DNA of 64,000 nucleotides from Nitrospirota bacterium (GTDB lineage Bacteria; Nitrospirota; JACRHJ01), in assembly GCA_963845245.1 (NCBI GenBank), contig CAWJRJ010000021.1, positions 128,001-192,000 of the forward strand, written 5' to 3'. Below the pieces are notes generated by a model, which searched no databases, was not told the DNA's origin, and saw only the letters and a program-made list of their open reading frames with translations. Of the stretch, positions 19,876 to 30,659 are shown piece by piece. Position numbers and translations under genes: made by a program. Every line of letters starts with the position of its first letter. The first letter of the stretch is position 1.

Positions 19876-20162
19876 TTTTCGTATGTCCGATAAATTATTT
19901 ATTTACCTTTTAAAGCATATAATATAAATCTAATAGGGATATTAAGCGCAATTAAAATACAAATTTTCCTCCATAGTCCCTCTACGACAAAAAAAGTAAA
20001 CAAGCACACCATAATCATTAATATTGATAAAGTAATGATTAGATATTTTAAGACTCGATTTTTCATTGCATATCCCTAAGGTTCGGAAATCTTAGGTTAT
20101 CAAAATACACTATTGGACAAATAAGTCAATGGGCGTGGGCGTGGAGGTGTTCTTCGTCATGC

Positions 20163-21104
20163 TCAGTGGTCGTGGTCGTGATCGTGGTCGTGCACCCTTC
20201 TGTCGCAGTGGGCTATGTCGCAGACGAGGTTACTGAACTCGCACTCGCCGACTTCCAGCTGGATGGTGGTGTGGTTTATCTGGTAGCAGGACATCAGCTT
20301 GCAGTTGATGTCGTCTATCACCTTCTTGCTCTTCTCGTGCAGGTCGGCGTCGATCAGGACATGCGCGGAGAGCGCCGTGATGTTGGAGCAGATGCTCCAG
20401 ACGTGCAGCCTGTGCACCTCCACCACGTGTTCCACCGTCAATATCTCGGCCACGACGGCGTTGATGTCCATCCCCTTCGGGACGCCCTCAAACAGTATAT
20501 GCGCGGATTCGTACAGTATTTTCCCCGCGCCGTACAGTATCACCAGCGAGAAGATGATGGAGAGTATCGGGTCCACCGTGTACCAGCCGGTATAGTACAT
20601 GATGATGCCGCCGATTATTACGCCCAGCGAGATGAGCGCGTCGCCCACGACGTGCAGGAACGCGCTTCGCATGTTCAGGTCGTGGTGGTCGTGGCCCTGC
20701 AGTTTGTGCACGACCGCCAGGTTTATCACAAGCCCGAAGATAGCCGCCACCATCATGCCCAGGCTATGGACCGCTTCCGGGGCCATAAGCCGCAGTATCG
20801 CCTCATACATTATCAGGCCGGAGATGACTATCAGGGTTATGCCGTTTGCAAACGCGGCGAACACCTCGGAGCGGTGCCAGCCGTAGGTGCGGGTGTCGGA
20901 CGACGGTAATCCCGCAAGCATTATAGCCAGTAGCGCAAGGCCCAGCGAGAACAGGTCGGTGAATACATGGGCGGCATCGGAGAGCAGGGCCAGGGAGTTG
21001 GTCAGGAAGCCCGCGACCACCTCGACGATAAGTATTATGGCGGTGAGGGCGATGGAAAATATGAGCCCTCTGTGACTGCTCGGAGTTTGCTTTGAGTCCG
21101 TCAA
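20163..21104 (-). CDS. Cation diffusion facilitator (CzcD/ZitB-like Zn/Co/Cd efflux) with His-rich tail
   Basis: SLALLSDAAH, TYGWHRSE, NMRSAFLHVVGD, LHVWSI, HTTIQLE, terminal (HD)n. Confidence 0.9.
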   Translation of the reverse strand: MTDSKQTPSSHRGLIFSIALTAIILIVEVVAGFLTNSLALLSDAAHVFTDLFSLGLALLAIMLAGLPSSDTRTYGWHRSEVFAAFANGITLIVISGLIMYEAILRLMAPEAVHSLGMMVAAIFGLVINLAVVHKLQGHDHHDLNMRSAFLHVVGDALISLGVIIGGIIMYYTGWYTVDPILSIIFSLVILYGAGKILYESAHILFEGVPKGMDINAVVAEILTVEHVVEVHRLHVWSICSNITALSAHVLIDADLHEKSKKVIDDINCKLMSCYQINHTTIQLEVGECEFSNLVCDIAHCDRRVHDHDHDHDH

Positions 21105-21338
21105 GTATCTTCATTAGCGAAAACCTCGTAAAATAACAACTTTGTTAACTAAATGATAACGCAAAGGGCTTTAATTTACAAGGAGACTTTGAAAAAGCCT
21201 AAGCCTTTGACAGTTGCAGCCGCAGGGGTTATCCTTTTTGGACATATTGTCAACGATAACCGGGGCCGGGCGAGGGAATCTATTCTTGACTGCCGGGTGC
21301 CAGTTCTGTTAGTATGGCGGATTAACCAAGGGGATTTA

Positions 21339-23495
21339 ATGAAAAAAATCAAGTTTATACTTGCGCTTCACAACCACCAGCCGGTCGGCAATTTCGAGCA
21401 TATCTCGGAAGAGGCCTACCAGAAGGCGTACCTCCCGATCGTGGAGGTGCTGAAGGAGCACCCGTGGTTTAAGGCATGCCTCCATTACACCGGCCCGCTG
21501 CTCGAGTGGCTGGTGAAGGAGCACCCGGAATTCATCAAGATGGTCCGGGAGATGGTTGAGGCCGGGCAGGTGGAGGTCATGGGCGGCGGGTACTATGAGC
21601 CGATCCTTGCACTACTGCCTGATGAGGACAAGCAGGGCCAGATACGGAAGCTATCAGGCTATGTCAAGGAACAGTTCGGGTGCGAGCCGTCCGGGATGTG
21701 GCTTGCCGAGCGCGTATGGGAGCCGCACCTGGCGCACGACATCTCCGCCGCAGGCATCGATTACGTCGTCGTGGATGACTACCACTTCAAGATGTCCGGC
21801 TTCAGGGAAAACGACCTGACCGGCTACTTCCTCACCGAGGAGCACGGCAGCATCCTCAAGGTCTTCCCCGGGAGCGAGAAGCTCAGGTACACCATACCGT
21901 TCCAGGAGCCGGAGGCAACCATAGAGTACCTCAAATCCATGCCGGACGCGGGCGAGCATACCCTCGCGGTCATGGCGGACGACGGCGAGAAATTCGGCAC
22001 ATGGCCGGGCACGTTCAAATGGGTATACGAGGACGGCTGGCTGAAGCGGTTCATAAAGGCGATCGAGAAGGAAATGGACTGGGTGTCCACCACCACCTTC
22101 GCCGAGTATATAAAGGAAGAGAAGCCGCGTGGGCGCGCATACCTCCCCACATGTTCCTACGCCGAGATGGGCGAGTGGTCGCTGCCGCCGAAGGCGATGC
22201 TCCAGTATGAGGACTTCCTCGAAGGGCTGAAGTCCGACCCTCAGGCCGCAACGAAGAGGCTCTTCATAAAGGGCGGGTTCTTCAGGAACTTCCTCTCCAA
22301 ATATCCCGAATCGAACGCCATGCACAAGAGGATGCTGATGGTCAGCGCCAAGGTGCGGAAGGCGATAGAGCTTGCGGGCGGCAAGACCGGCAAGAAAAAG
22401 AAGCTGGTAGATGACATGCTGGATAACCTCTGGGCCGGGCAGTGCAACGACGCCTACTGGCACGGTGTATTCGGCGGCCTCTACCTCCCGCACCTGAGAG
22501 ACGCCCTTTACCGCCACCTGATTCTGGCGGACGAGGCGGCGGATGCGATAATCGCGGATGCGGAAGGCAAAGACAAATATCTGCTTGTTGAGGAGGGCGA
22601 CCTGGACGGCGACCTGTCCCGCGAGGTCATGGTGTCCAACAGGCTTTGCGCAGTGCTTATGGACCCGGCCGAAGGCGGCACGATATACGAGTTCGATTAC
22701 CGCCCGGTTTCCATGAATTTCATGGACACCCTCTCAAGGCGTGAAGAGGCCTACCACAAGAAGATCGCCGAGGCCGTCGGGGCCGTGGATGATAAGGGCG
22801 CCACTACGATTCATGAGAGGGTGGCGGCAAAGGAAGAGGGGTTGTCGGAGCACCTCCAGTACGACTGGTACAGGAGGTCATCGCTCATCGACCACTTCCT
22901 CGACGGGGATGCCGACTTCGAGAGTTTCAGGCACGCCGCCTACCATGAGGCAGGCGACTTCGTCCTTGGCGAATATGCCCTCAAGACCCGCAAGAAGGAT
23001 GACAACGTAAAGCTAGCGCTCACAAGGGTCGGCTCTGTGGCGGGCCAGCCCGTGAAGGTGGAAAAGGTGGTAACGGTATTGGCTGGCGAGGCCGGCTTCG
23101 AGGCCGCCTATACGCTCACCAATGAAGGACCGGACGAGCTCAATACCTCTTTCGGCACGGAGTTCAACCTGTCGCTTCTCGCGGGCGACTCGCCCGACCG
23201 CTATTTTGATATAAAAGGGCATGTGTTGAAATCGCGGAACTTTGCGAGCGCGGGCGAGCTCAACAACGTGTCCGTCGTGAAGATGGTCGACGAGTGGCTT
23301 GGTTATTCGCTCACGCTCGATTTCAGTGAAGTGGCGGTGCTCTGGAGGTTCCCGGTGGATACCGTCTCCCAGTCGGAGGCTGGTTTCGAGAGGGTTTACC
23401 AGGGTTCGTCTATAATGCCGCTCTGGAGGATATCCCTCAAGCCGGGCGGTAAATGGAATGTCAGTATCAAGTTTGCACTGGACAGGAGGTCCTGA
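21339..23495 (+). CDS. GH57 alpha-amylase/4-alpha-glucanotransferase
   Basis: HNHQPVGN, GMWLAERVWEP, DDGEKFGTWPGT, QCNDAYWHGVFGGLYLPHLR, SQSEAGFERVYQG. Confidence 0.92.
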   Translation: MKKIKFILALHNHQPVGNFEHISEEAYQKAYLPIVEVLKEHPWFKACLHYTGPLLEWLVKEHPEFIKMVREMVEAGQVEVMGGGYYEPILALLPDEDKQGQIRKLSGYVKEQFGCEPSGMWLAERVWEPHLAHDISAAGIDYVVVDDYHFKMSGFRENDLTGYFLTEEHGSILKVFPGSEKLRYTIPFQEPEATIEYLKSMPDAGEHTLAVMADDGEKFGTWPGTFKWVYEDGWLKRFIKAIEKEMDWVSTTTFAEYIKEEKPRGRAYLPTCSYAEMGEWSLPPKAMLQYEDFLEGLKSDPQAATKRLFIKGGFFRNFLSKYPESNAMHKRMLMVSAKVRKAIELAGGKTGKKKKLVDDMLDNLWAGQCNDAYWHGVFGGLYLPHLRDALYRHLILADEAADAIIADAEGKDKYLLVEEGDLDGDLSREVMVSNRLCAVLMDPAEGGTIYEFDYRPVSMNFMDTLSRREEAYHKKIAEAVGAVDDKGATTIHERVAAKEEGLSEHLQYDWYRRSSLIDHFLDGDADFESFRHAAYHEAGDFVLGEYALKTRKKDDNVKLALTRVGSVAGQPVKVEKVVTVLAGEAGFEAAYTLTNEGPDELNTSFGTEFNLSLLAGDSPDRYFDIKGHVLKSRNFASAGELNNVSVVKMVDEWLGYSLTLDFSEVAVLWRFPVDTVSQSEAGFERVYQGSSIMPLWRISLKPGGKWNVSIKFALDRRS

Positions 23496-23502
23496 GAAAA
23501 AG

Positions 23503-25347
23503 ATGGCCAAGCAATATGTTTTCCTGTTTTTAGCCTTTATCCTTCTCTGCCCCGCAATCGCCTTCTCCGCCGACGTGAAAGAACCGGTAGACACCATCGA
23601 GAGGATGGCTGGAGAGGTGATAAAACATTACCCCAAAGCCGAAGGCAAGGTGACTGCCGCCGATGAGAAAACGGTAACGGTGGGCATCGGCGCAGCCGAC
23701 GGGCTGAAACCCGGGATGGTGCTCTACCTCTTCAGGCCTGGCAAGCTTATCAAGCACCCGGTCACAAAGGCGATCATCGGCAACAGGGAGACTCCGCTTG
23801 GCAGCATGGTGCTGTCCACGGTAGGCGACAAGGAGTCCACCGGCGAGATCAAAGAGCTCCTTGTCACCCGCATAATCCCAGGAGACACCGCGCGCACATC
23901 GGACAAGAAGACGAAGCTGCTAATTGGCGTGCACGGTAAGGAACCCAACGAACTGGTGCTTGACCGGCTGTTGAACATCATGAGGTCTTCAGGGCGTTTC
24001 GACGTGATTGGCCCGGTCGAGCTTCCGAAGGAGACCCCGCTTGCCCCTGAATCCGCCCGCAAGTTTGCGCTTGATAACGGCTCAGACGGCCTGCTCGCCC
24101 TTTCCACCGCTCCCACCAAAAAGATCAACAGGATAGCAGCATCCCTGACTCTATATGGTGCGGACGGGGGGACCACCGAAAAGCAGGAAGGCGTGCTCGA
24201 CTCGACCAGCGACATCTACTCCGAAAAAATCATGGATTACAACCTCGTTCGCGGAGAACACCGCGACTTCTACCACCTGGAGAACCTCCCATACAGGGCG
24301 AAACATTTTGCTGCCGGCAACATTGCGGGCGAAGGCAAGACCGAGTTCGCCATATCAGACGGCCATGCGATCATAATATACAGGCTTGAGGGCGGTGTGC
24401 TCAAGGAACTCTGGCGAGAGACGCCGGTCACGGGCAACGAGCATCTGGACGTCGAATGCGCCGACCTCAACAATAACGGCAGGGACGAGGTCTACGTCAC
24501 CAACTTCAACGGGGCCGCCGCCTCGTCTTACGTGATAGAGTACGACGGCAGCCATTACAAAAAGATTGCACAGGACGTGCCGCTTCTTTTCAGGGTACTT
24601 GACGTGCCGGGCTCCGGGAAGACGCTTTTGACGACATGGGTAGGCAAGGACGCCCCGTACCCAGGTGTCATAGACGAGTATAAATGGAAGGACGGCTCGC
24701 TTGTCAAGGCCGGAAGGTTCCCGCTGCCTGACAAGATAAAGGACCCGTACGGTTTCGTCCTTGTCGACCTTATGCCCGATAAAAAGGGCGCCGCGCCCGG
24801 GAAGGGCCCGCTTGCAGGCCTTGAGATAGTGTGGATAGACGACGCGGACTACCTGCAGGTGCTCAACTCGAAGGGCAAAAGGCTTTGGAAAAGCCCTGAG
24901 CGCTTCGGTGGTTACGACAGCTTCTTCGAGGTGGACCAGAACAGCCTGGCCCTCGCCAACGTCGACAACAGGGGCAAGGTAAAGGGAAAGCTGATAGTCA
25001 GGACCGGGCCGGAGGGCACCACCGAGATTGTGCTGACCAAAAACATCCCGACAACGAATGTGCTGAGGCGGGTCAAGTTATACAGCGGTGCCGAGATATA
25101 CTCTTTGGCGTGGAACGGCTCTGCCATGGAGACACGGTGGAGCATCAAGAATATCGAGGGGTATCTTGCCGATATCCAGATCGGCGACGTGTCGAACAAG
25201 GGCCGTGAAGAGATCGCCATAATAACCGACCCCACTTTCAAATACGTGAAGTCCAGCAAATCGGTGCCTCTGGGCAGCGCGGCCTCGCTTGGCAACATGG
25301 TGGCTGACACTGCCAGCCTTTTGATCTACAAGGTTCCGCAAAGGTGA
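23503..25347 (+). CDS. Secreted FG-GAP/VCBS-repeat protein
   Basis: Signal peptide; ADLNNNGRDEVYV, GDVSNKGREEI repeats; N-terminal beta domain with HPVT motif. Confidence 0.72.
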   Translation: MAKQYVFLFLAFILLCPAIAFSADVKEPVDTIERMAGEVIKHYPKAEGKVTAADEKTVTVGIGAADGLKPGMVLYLFRPGKLIKHPVTKAIIGNRETPLGSMVLSTVGDKESTGEIKELLVTRIIPGDTARTSDKKTKLLIGVHGKEPNELVLDRLLNIMRSSGRFDVIGPVELPKETPLAPESARKFALDNGSDGLLALSTAPTKKINRIAASLTLYGADGGTTEKQEGVLDSTSDIYSEKIMDYNLVRGEHRDFYHLENLPYRAKHFAAGNIAGEGKTEFAISDGHAIIIYRLEGGVLKELWRETPVTGNEHLDVECADLNNNGRDEVYVTNFNGAAASSYVIEYDGSHYKKIAQDVPLLFRVLDVPGSGKTLLTTWVGKDAPYPGVIDEYKWKDGSLVKAGRFPLPDKIKDPYGFVLVDLMPDKKGAAPGKGPLAGLEIVWIDDADYLQVLNSKGKRLWKSPERFGGYDSFFEVDQNSLALANVDNRGKVKGKLIVRTGPEGTTEIVLTKNIPTTNVLRRVKLYSGAEIYSLAWNGSAMETRWSIKNIEGYLADIQIGDVSNKGREEIAIITDPTFKYVKSSKSVPLGSAASLGNMVADTASLLIYKVPQR

Positions 25348-26150
25348 TTTTGGAAAAGACCCTCACAACAAAAGACACATCCGGCCTGTCTGAAAAAGAG
25401 CTGCTGGCCATGATAGACCAGGCCAGGGTCCCCGCGCATATCGCCATAATCATGGACGGTAACGGCCGGTGGGCCGCGCGCAAGGGGCTCCCCAGGATAC
25501 TAGGCCACAAGAAGGGCATGGAGGTAGTCAAGGATATCATCACGGTATCCTCGAACCTGGGTGTGAAGGCCCTCACGCTCTATGCCTTTTCTCTGGAGAA
25601 CTGGCGCAGGCCGCCTAAAGAGGTGGAAGCCCTGATGTCGCTGCTCGCCCTTTATCTCCAGAAAGAGATAAGGATGATGATGGAAAAGGGCATAAGGTTT
25701 AAGACGATAGGCCGTATGGAAGACCTGCCCAAGGAGGCCAGGTCGTGGGTGGACAAGGCTAAAGCAGAGACCGCCGGTAATACCGGCATGGTCTTGAACC
25801 TTGCGCTCAGCTACGGCGGAAGGTGGGAGATGATGGAGGCCGCCAAGAGGTATGCGGCGGCGGCGGCAGAAGGAAGGGTATCTCCAGAATCGCTTGACGA
25901 GTCTACTTTCTCAGGCTTCATGGACACCGCCGGCCTGCCGGAACTCGACCTCCTGATAAGGACGTCGGGCGAGGTCAGGGTGTCGAACTTCCTGCTCTGG
26001 CAGATGGCATATGCCGAGCTTTATTTCACTGATGCGCTCTGGCCTGATTTCAGGGCGCGCGACTTATACGAGGCGATATTGGACTACCAGGGCAGACAGA
26101 GGCGTTTCGGCATGACCGGTGAGCAGCTCGGGAGGGGAAATGCCGTATAA
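25344..26150 (+). CDS. uppS: Undecaprenyl diphosphate synthase
   Basis: HIAIIMDGNGRWA, YAFSLENWRRP, IRTSGEVRVSNFLLWQ. Confidence 0.96.
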   Translation: MILEKTLTTKDTSGLSEKELLAMIDQARVPAHIAIIMDGNGRWAARKGLPRILGHKKGMEVVKDIITVSSNLGVKALTLYAFSLENWRRPPKEVEALMSLLALYLQKEIRMMMEKGIRFKTIGRMEDLPKEARSWVDKAKAETAGNTGMVLNLALSYGGRWEMMEAAKRYAAAAAEGRVSPESLDESTFSGFMDTAGLPELDLLIRTSGEVRVSNFLLWQMAYAELYFTDALWPDFRARDLYEAILDYQGRQRRFGMTGEQLGRGNAV

Positions 26151-26988
26151 AAGGTTAATGACGGCCGCAATCGGCATCCCGATCGTATACATGATCGTTC
26201 AGTATCTGCCGCCTATATATTTCTTGTTCCTTATTATGCTGTTCGTTTCCGTCGGCCAGTTCGAGTTTTACCGGATGTTCAAGAACAGCGGCTACTACCC
26301 ACAGACCGCGGTCGGCATTTTCGTCGGGCTGCTGGTGGTATCTGGTTTTTATATCGGCGCCACCTCGGAGCGCGAGATATCTAATATCTTCTCGCCGGAC
26401 GTTATGGTAGCCTTTGCATTCGTAGTGTCTCTTTTGTTCCGGCTCTTCTCGGAGAGGGACAGCAACGGGGCGATGGTCGACACGGCCCTCACCTTTACCG
26501 GTGTCGTTTATGTAGCCTGGCTAATGGCCTATGTCGTGCTGCTCAGAAGTTGGGGCAACGGAGGCATAGACGGGCGGGACCTCATATTCTTCCTGTTCGT
26601 GGTCACCTGGGCAACCGATTCCGGCGCGTATTTCGTCGGTTCCGCTTTCGGCAAGCACAGGCTGTACAGCAAGATAAGCCCGAAAAAGTCAGTCGAGGGC
26701 GCGCTGGGCGGGCTCTTTTTCAGCGTGCTCTTCGCGGTCATATGCAAGTACTGGTTCTACCACGAGCTGAACCTGCATGACGCGGTGGCCCTGGGGTTGA
26801 TACTCGGTACTGTCGGGCAGATCGGCGACCTTGCCGAATCTATGATAAAGAGAAGCGCGCGCATAAAGGATTCAGGGGGGATTTTCCCCGGCCACGGCGG
26901 AGTACTTGACAGGATCGACAGCGTACTACTGAACGCCCCGGCTTTATATTATTACACTATTATCGCAACATGGAAGGCCGGCGGTTGA
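26140..26988 (+). CDS. cdsA: Phosphatidate cytidylyltransferase
   Basis: DSGAYFVG, ISPKKSVEG, GDLAESMIKR...KDSG..PGHGGVLDRIDS. Confidence 0.95.
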   Translation: MPYKRLMTAAIGIPIVYMIVQYLPPIYFLFLIMLFVSVGQFEFYRMFKNSGYYPQTAVGIFVGLLVVSGFYIGATSEREISNIFSPDVMVAFAFVVSLLFRLFSERDSNGAMVDTALTFTGVVYVAWLMAYVVLLRSWGNGGIDGRDLIFFLFVVTWATDSGAYFVGSAFGKHRLYSKISPKKSVEGALGGLFFSVLFAVICKYWFYHELNLHDAVALGLILGTVGQIGDLAESMIKRSARIKDSGGIFPGHGGVLDRIDSVLLNAPALYYYTIIATWKAGG

Positions 26989-26990
26989 TT

Positions 26991-28148
26991 ATGAAGAACC
27001 TGGCTATACTTGGAAGCACCGGCTCGATAGGGGTGAACACCCTCGACGTGGTGCGCCGTTTCCCCGGCCGATTCAAGGTGTTGTCCCTCGCGTGCGGCGG
27101 GAACATCGAACTCCTTGAAAAGCAGATACACTCCTTTGGCCCCAAAATGGTCTCGGTCAGGGACAAGAAATCTGCCGATATCCTGAAGAAAAGGCTCGGC
27201 AAAAGCCCCGTGGAGGTGCTGTACGGCGTGGAGGGCATGATAGCCGCAGCCACGGTGCCGAAGGTGGACGTCGTGATATCCGCCATAGTCGGTGCTGCCG
27301 GGCTTGTCCCCACCATGGCCGCAATCGAAGCCGGGAAGGACATCGCCCTTGCCAACAAGGAGACGCTGGTCTGCGCGGGCAGCCTCGTCATGGACGCGGT
27401 CAAACGGAAAGGGGTGAAACTCCTGCCGGTGGACAGCGAGCATTCCGCGATTTTCCAGTCGCTCAAGGGGCACAGGAAAAGGGACCTCACGAGGATAACC
27501 CTTACCGCATCCGGTGGGCCGTTCCAGGGGCACACGCTTGAGCAGCTCAAGAAGGTGAAGCTTGCGGACGCCCTCAAACACCCAAACTGGGAGATGGGCA
27601 GGAAGATCACGATAGACTCCTCCACCCTCATGAACAAGGGGCTTGAGGTAATCGAGGCCAAGTGGCTGTTCGACGTCGAGCTCGACCGTATCTCGGTGAT
27701 TGTCCACCCGCAGAGCATAATACATTCCATGGTCGAGTTCCTCGACGGCTCGGTCATAGCGCAGCTCGGAGTGCCGGACATGCGCGGGCCGATCTCATAT
27801 GCGCTCGGATATCCGGGCAGGCTTAAAAAGGACATACCGGGTCTGGACCTCGCCAAGCTCGGCAGGCTTACGTTTAGCGAGCCGGATATGGGACGCTTTC
27901 CGTGCCTCGGGTTTGCCTTCGACGCACTGCAGGCAGGCGGCACCATGTCGGCCGTCCTGAACGCCGCCAACGAGGTTGCGGTACAGGCCTTCCTCGAAGA
28001 GAGGATAGGTTACATGGATATTCCGGTTATAATAAAGGGTACGATGGACGCGCATACCCCCACGGAGCCCGGGACCGTCGAGGATGTGCTGAAGGCCGAC
28101 CTCTGGGCAAGGGGTTCCGCCCGCAAGATTATCGGCAAAACGTGCTAA
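26991..28148 (+). CDS. dxr: 1-deoxy-D-xylulose 5-phosphate reductoisomerase
   Basis: LGSTGSIG, LANKE, PVDSEH, HPNWEMGRKITIDS, NAANE. Confidence 0.97.
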   Translation: MKNLAILGSTGSIGVNTLDVVRRFPGRFKVLSLACGGNIELLEKQIHSFGPKMVSVRDKKSADILKKRLGKSPVEVLYGVEGMIAAATVPKVDVVISAIVGAAGLVPTMAAIEAGKDIALANKETLVCAGSLVMDAVKRKGVKLLPVDSEHSAIFQSLKGHRKRDLTRITLTASGGPFQGHTLEQLKKVKLADALKHPNWEMGRKITIDSSTLMNKGLEVIEAKWLFDVELDRISVIVHPQSIIHSMVEFLDGSVIAQLGVPDMRGPISYALGYPGRLKKDIPGLDLAKLGRLTFSEPDMGRFPCLGFAFDALQAGGTMSAVLNAANEVAVQAFLEERIGYMDIPVIIKGTMDAHTPTEPGTVEDVLKADLWARGSARKIIGKTC

Positions 28149-28191
28149 TATACTGGTAGTAGTCTTTCATTATCATTTCAGGAGCATAACC

Positions 28192-29523
28192 TTGTCCAAC
28201 CTATTTAACGTTATCGTGGGCCCGCTCACCAGTATCGGCGCGGCGGTGGTCGTGCTTGGGCTCCTCATATTTTTCCACGAGTTCGGGCATTTCATCGTCG
28301 CCAAACTAAGCGGCGTCGGAGTCCTCAAGTTCTCTCTGGGGTTCGGCAGGAAGATTGTCGGCTGGAAGTCAGGCGAGACGGAATACATGATATCCGCCTT
28401 CCCGCTGGGCGGTTACGTCAAGATGGTCGGTGAGGACCCGGAGGAAGAGGAGCTTTCCCCGGAGGACATGAAACGCTCTTTTTCCGCGCAGCCGATATAC
28501 AAGCGCGCCGCAATAGTGGTAGCCGGCCCGCTTTTCAACATCCTTCTTTCCATCATCCTGTGCTACCTGTTGTTCGTTACAGGTTTTCCGACAGCTATAT
28601 CCAAAGTCATTGACGTCACACCGGGCAGCCCGGCGCAGGTTGCCGGATTCATGCCGGGTGACATCATAGATAAGGTGGACGGCAAGGACATGGATATATG
28701 GGAGATGGTCTCAGATTATGTTGAAGGCCACCCCGGCAAAAAGATCGATTTCGTGGTGCGCAGGGGCCGTGCGCTCACCCGGATAGAGGCGGCCCCAGAG
28801 AACCGCAACGGAAAAGGGTATATGGGGCTTGTCGGCTCGGTAATAGTAGCGGCCGTCATGGAACACTCCCCTGCGGACAAGGCCGGTATAAAGACCAAGG
28901 ACCATATTATTGCCGTGAACGGACAACGGGTCGGGTCGTGGGGCGAGATGTCCGACATGGTCAAGGCGAACCCCGGAAAGACCTTGGGCTTTACCATAGA
29001 AAGGGAGGGCAGGCCCCTTGAGTTCAAGGTCGTGCCGGTCTTTGACCCGAAGGACAAAGCCGGGAAGATCGGAGTGCAGATGGGGGCAGATTCAAAGGAC
29101 GTCGCCTATGGCCCTGTCGAGTCGCTCGGCATGAGCGTTAACAAAACTTACCAGATGACCAGCATGACGGTCGGTTTCCTGGCAAAACTCGTTTCCGGCA
29201 AGGAGGACTCAAGCCAGATGGGCGGGCCGATAGCCATAGTGCAGCTCTCCGGCCGTCAGGCAAAGCAGGGGTTTGCAGACTTCGTCATATTCATGGCCCT
29301 GCTCAGCGTGAACCTGGGGATAATGAACCTTTTTCCCATCCCCATCCTTGACGGCGGGCACCTGTTCTTCTTCGGCATCGAGGCCGTGATGGGCAAGCCG
29401 CTAGACATGAAAAAGCGCGAGATGGCCCAGCAGGTCGGGCTGTTCCTGCTTATCGCCCTGATGGTGTTCGTGTTCTACAACGACATTATGAGGCTCCTCG
29501 GCTTCTCGGTGATGTGGAAATGA
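28192..29523 (+). CDS. rseP: RIP metalloprotease RseP (2 PDZ)
   Basis: HEFGH, PLGGYVKM, NLFPIPILDGG. Confidence 0.95.
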   Translation: MSNLFNVIVGPLTSIGAAVVVLGLLIFFHEFGHFIVAKLSGVGVLKFSLGFGRKIVGWKSGETEYMISAFPLGGYVKMVGEDPEEEELSPEDMKRSFSAQPIYKRAAIVVAGPLFNILLSIILCYLLFVTGFPTAISKVIDVTPGSPAQVAGFMPGDIIDKVDGKDMDIWEMVSDYVEGHPGKKIDFVVRRGRALTRIEAAPENRNGKGYMGLVGSVIVAAVMEHSPADKAGIKTKDHIIAVNGQRVGSWGEMSDMVKANPGKTLGFTIEREGRPLEFKVVPVFDPKDKAGKIGVQMGADSKDVAYGPVESLGMSVNKTYQMTSMTVGFLAKLVSGKEDSSQMGGPIAIVQLSGRQAKQGFADFVIFMALLSVNLGIMNLFPIPILDGGHLFFFGIEAVMGKPLDMKKREMAQQVGLFLLIALMVFVFYNDIMRLLGFSVMWK

Positions 29524-30585
29524 AAATTACACGTAAACGCACAAAACAGATAACACTCGGCGGCGTCAAGATTGGCGGAGGCGCGCCGGTTGTGGTGCAG
29601 TCCATGACCAACACCGACACTCGCGACGTCAAGGCGACTGTCGGCCAGATAAACAGGCTTGCCAAGGCAGGCTGCGAGGTCGTCCGCGTGGCCGTACTGA
29701 ATAAAGAAGCCGCCGCGGCGCTGGACAAGATAAAGAAGGGCATCAGCATACCCATTATCGCCGACATCCACTTCGACCACAGGCTGGCCCTTACGGCGAT
29801 CGACAAGGGCATAGACGGCCTCCGTATAAACCCCGGCAACATCGGCGACAAGAAGAAAGTCGCAGAGCTGGTCAAGGCCGCAAAGGCGAGGCACATCCCG
29901 ATCAGGATCGGCGTGAACTCCGGCTCACTTGGAGAAGCACCTCCTTGAAAAATACGGCAGGCCCACGCCGGAGGCGATGGTCGAGTCGGCCCTTGGTCAT
30001 ATAAAGATACTCGAAGACCTCGACTTCACCGACATCAAGGTGTCCATCAAGGCATCGGACGTGCCCACCACGATAGATGCATACCGTCTGATGTCCAAGA
30101 GTTGCAAGTACCCGCTCCACATCGGCGTGACTGAGGCCGGGACTCTGTTCTCCGGGACGATTAAATCATCCGTGGGCCTTGGGATACTTCTCTATGAAGG
30201 CATAGGCGACACGATGCGGGTATCTCTCACAGCTGATCCCGTCGAGGAGGTACGCGCGGCCTGGGAGATGCTTAAGGCGCTCAAGCTTCGCCAGCGCGGC
30301 GTGAACATCATATCCTGCCCGACCTGCGGGCGCACCCAGATAGACGTCATAGGCCTCGCAAACGAGGTGGAGAAGCGGCTGGAGCATATAACAAAGCCGC
30401 TCGATGTCGCCGTCATGGGCTGCATCGTGAACGGCCCCGGCGAGGCCAAACATGCCGACGTCGGCATCGCGGGCGGCAAGGGTAGGGGGCTTCTGTTTTG
30501 CCACGGCGAGATAAAGAAGCGCCTCAAGGAGTCAGAGCTTGCCGACGCGCTCGTCGCCGAGGTGGAAGAGGCGGCAGGGGAGTAG
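29520..30585 (+). CDS. ispG: HMBPP synthase (indel near 29930)
   Basis: VQSMTNT, IADIHF, RINPGNIG, LHIGVTEAG, SCPTCGR, MGCIVNGPGEA. Confidence 0.95.
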
Positions 30586-30604
30586 CAATAATTTTAAATG
30601 ATGA

Positions 30605-30638
30605 AATAGAAAAGCCGCCCGAAGGCGGCTTTTCTATT
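30605..30638. terminator. Bidirectional intrinsic terminator
   Basis: AATAGAAAAGCCGCC-CGAA-GGCGGCTTTTCTATT. Confidence 0.88.
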
Positions 30639-30659
30639 GTCGTAGCATTACACCCAGGA

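Noticed and set aside
20163..20192. Short tandem repeat (GTGGTC)n
   Set aside because: Simply encodes the His-Asp tail of the CDF transporter
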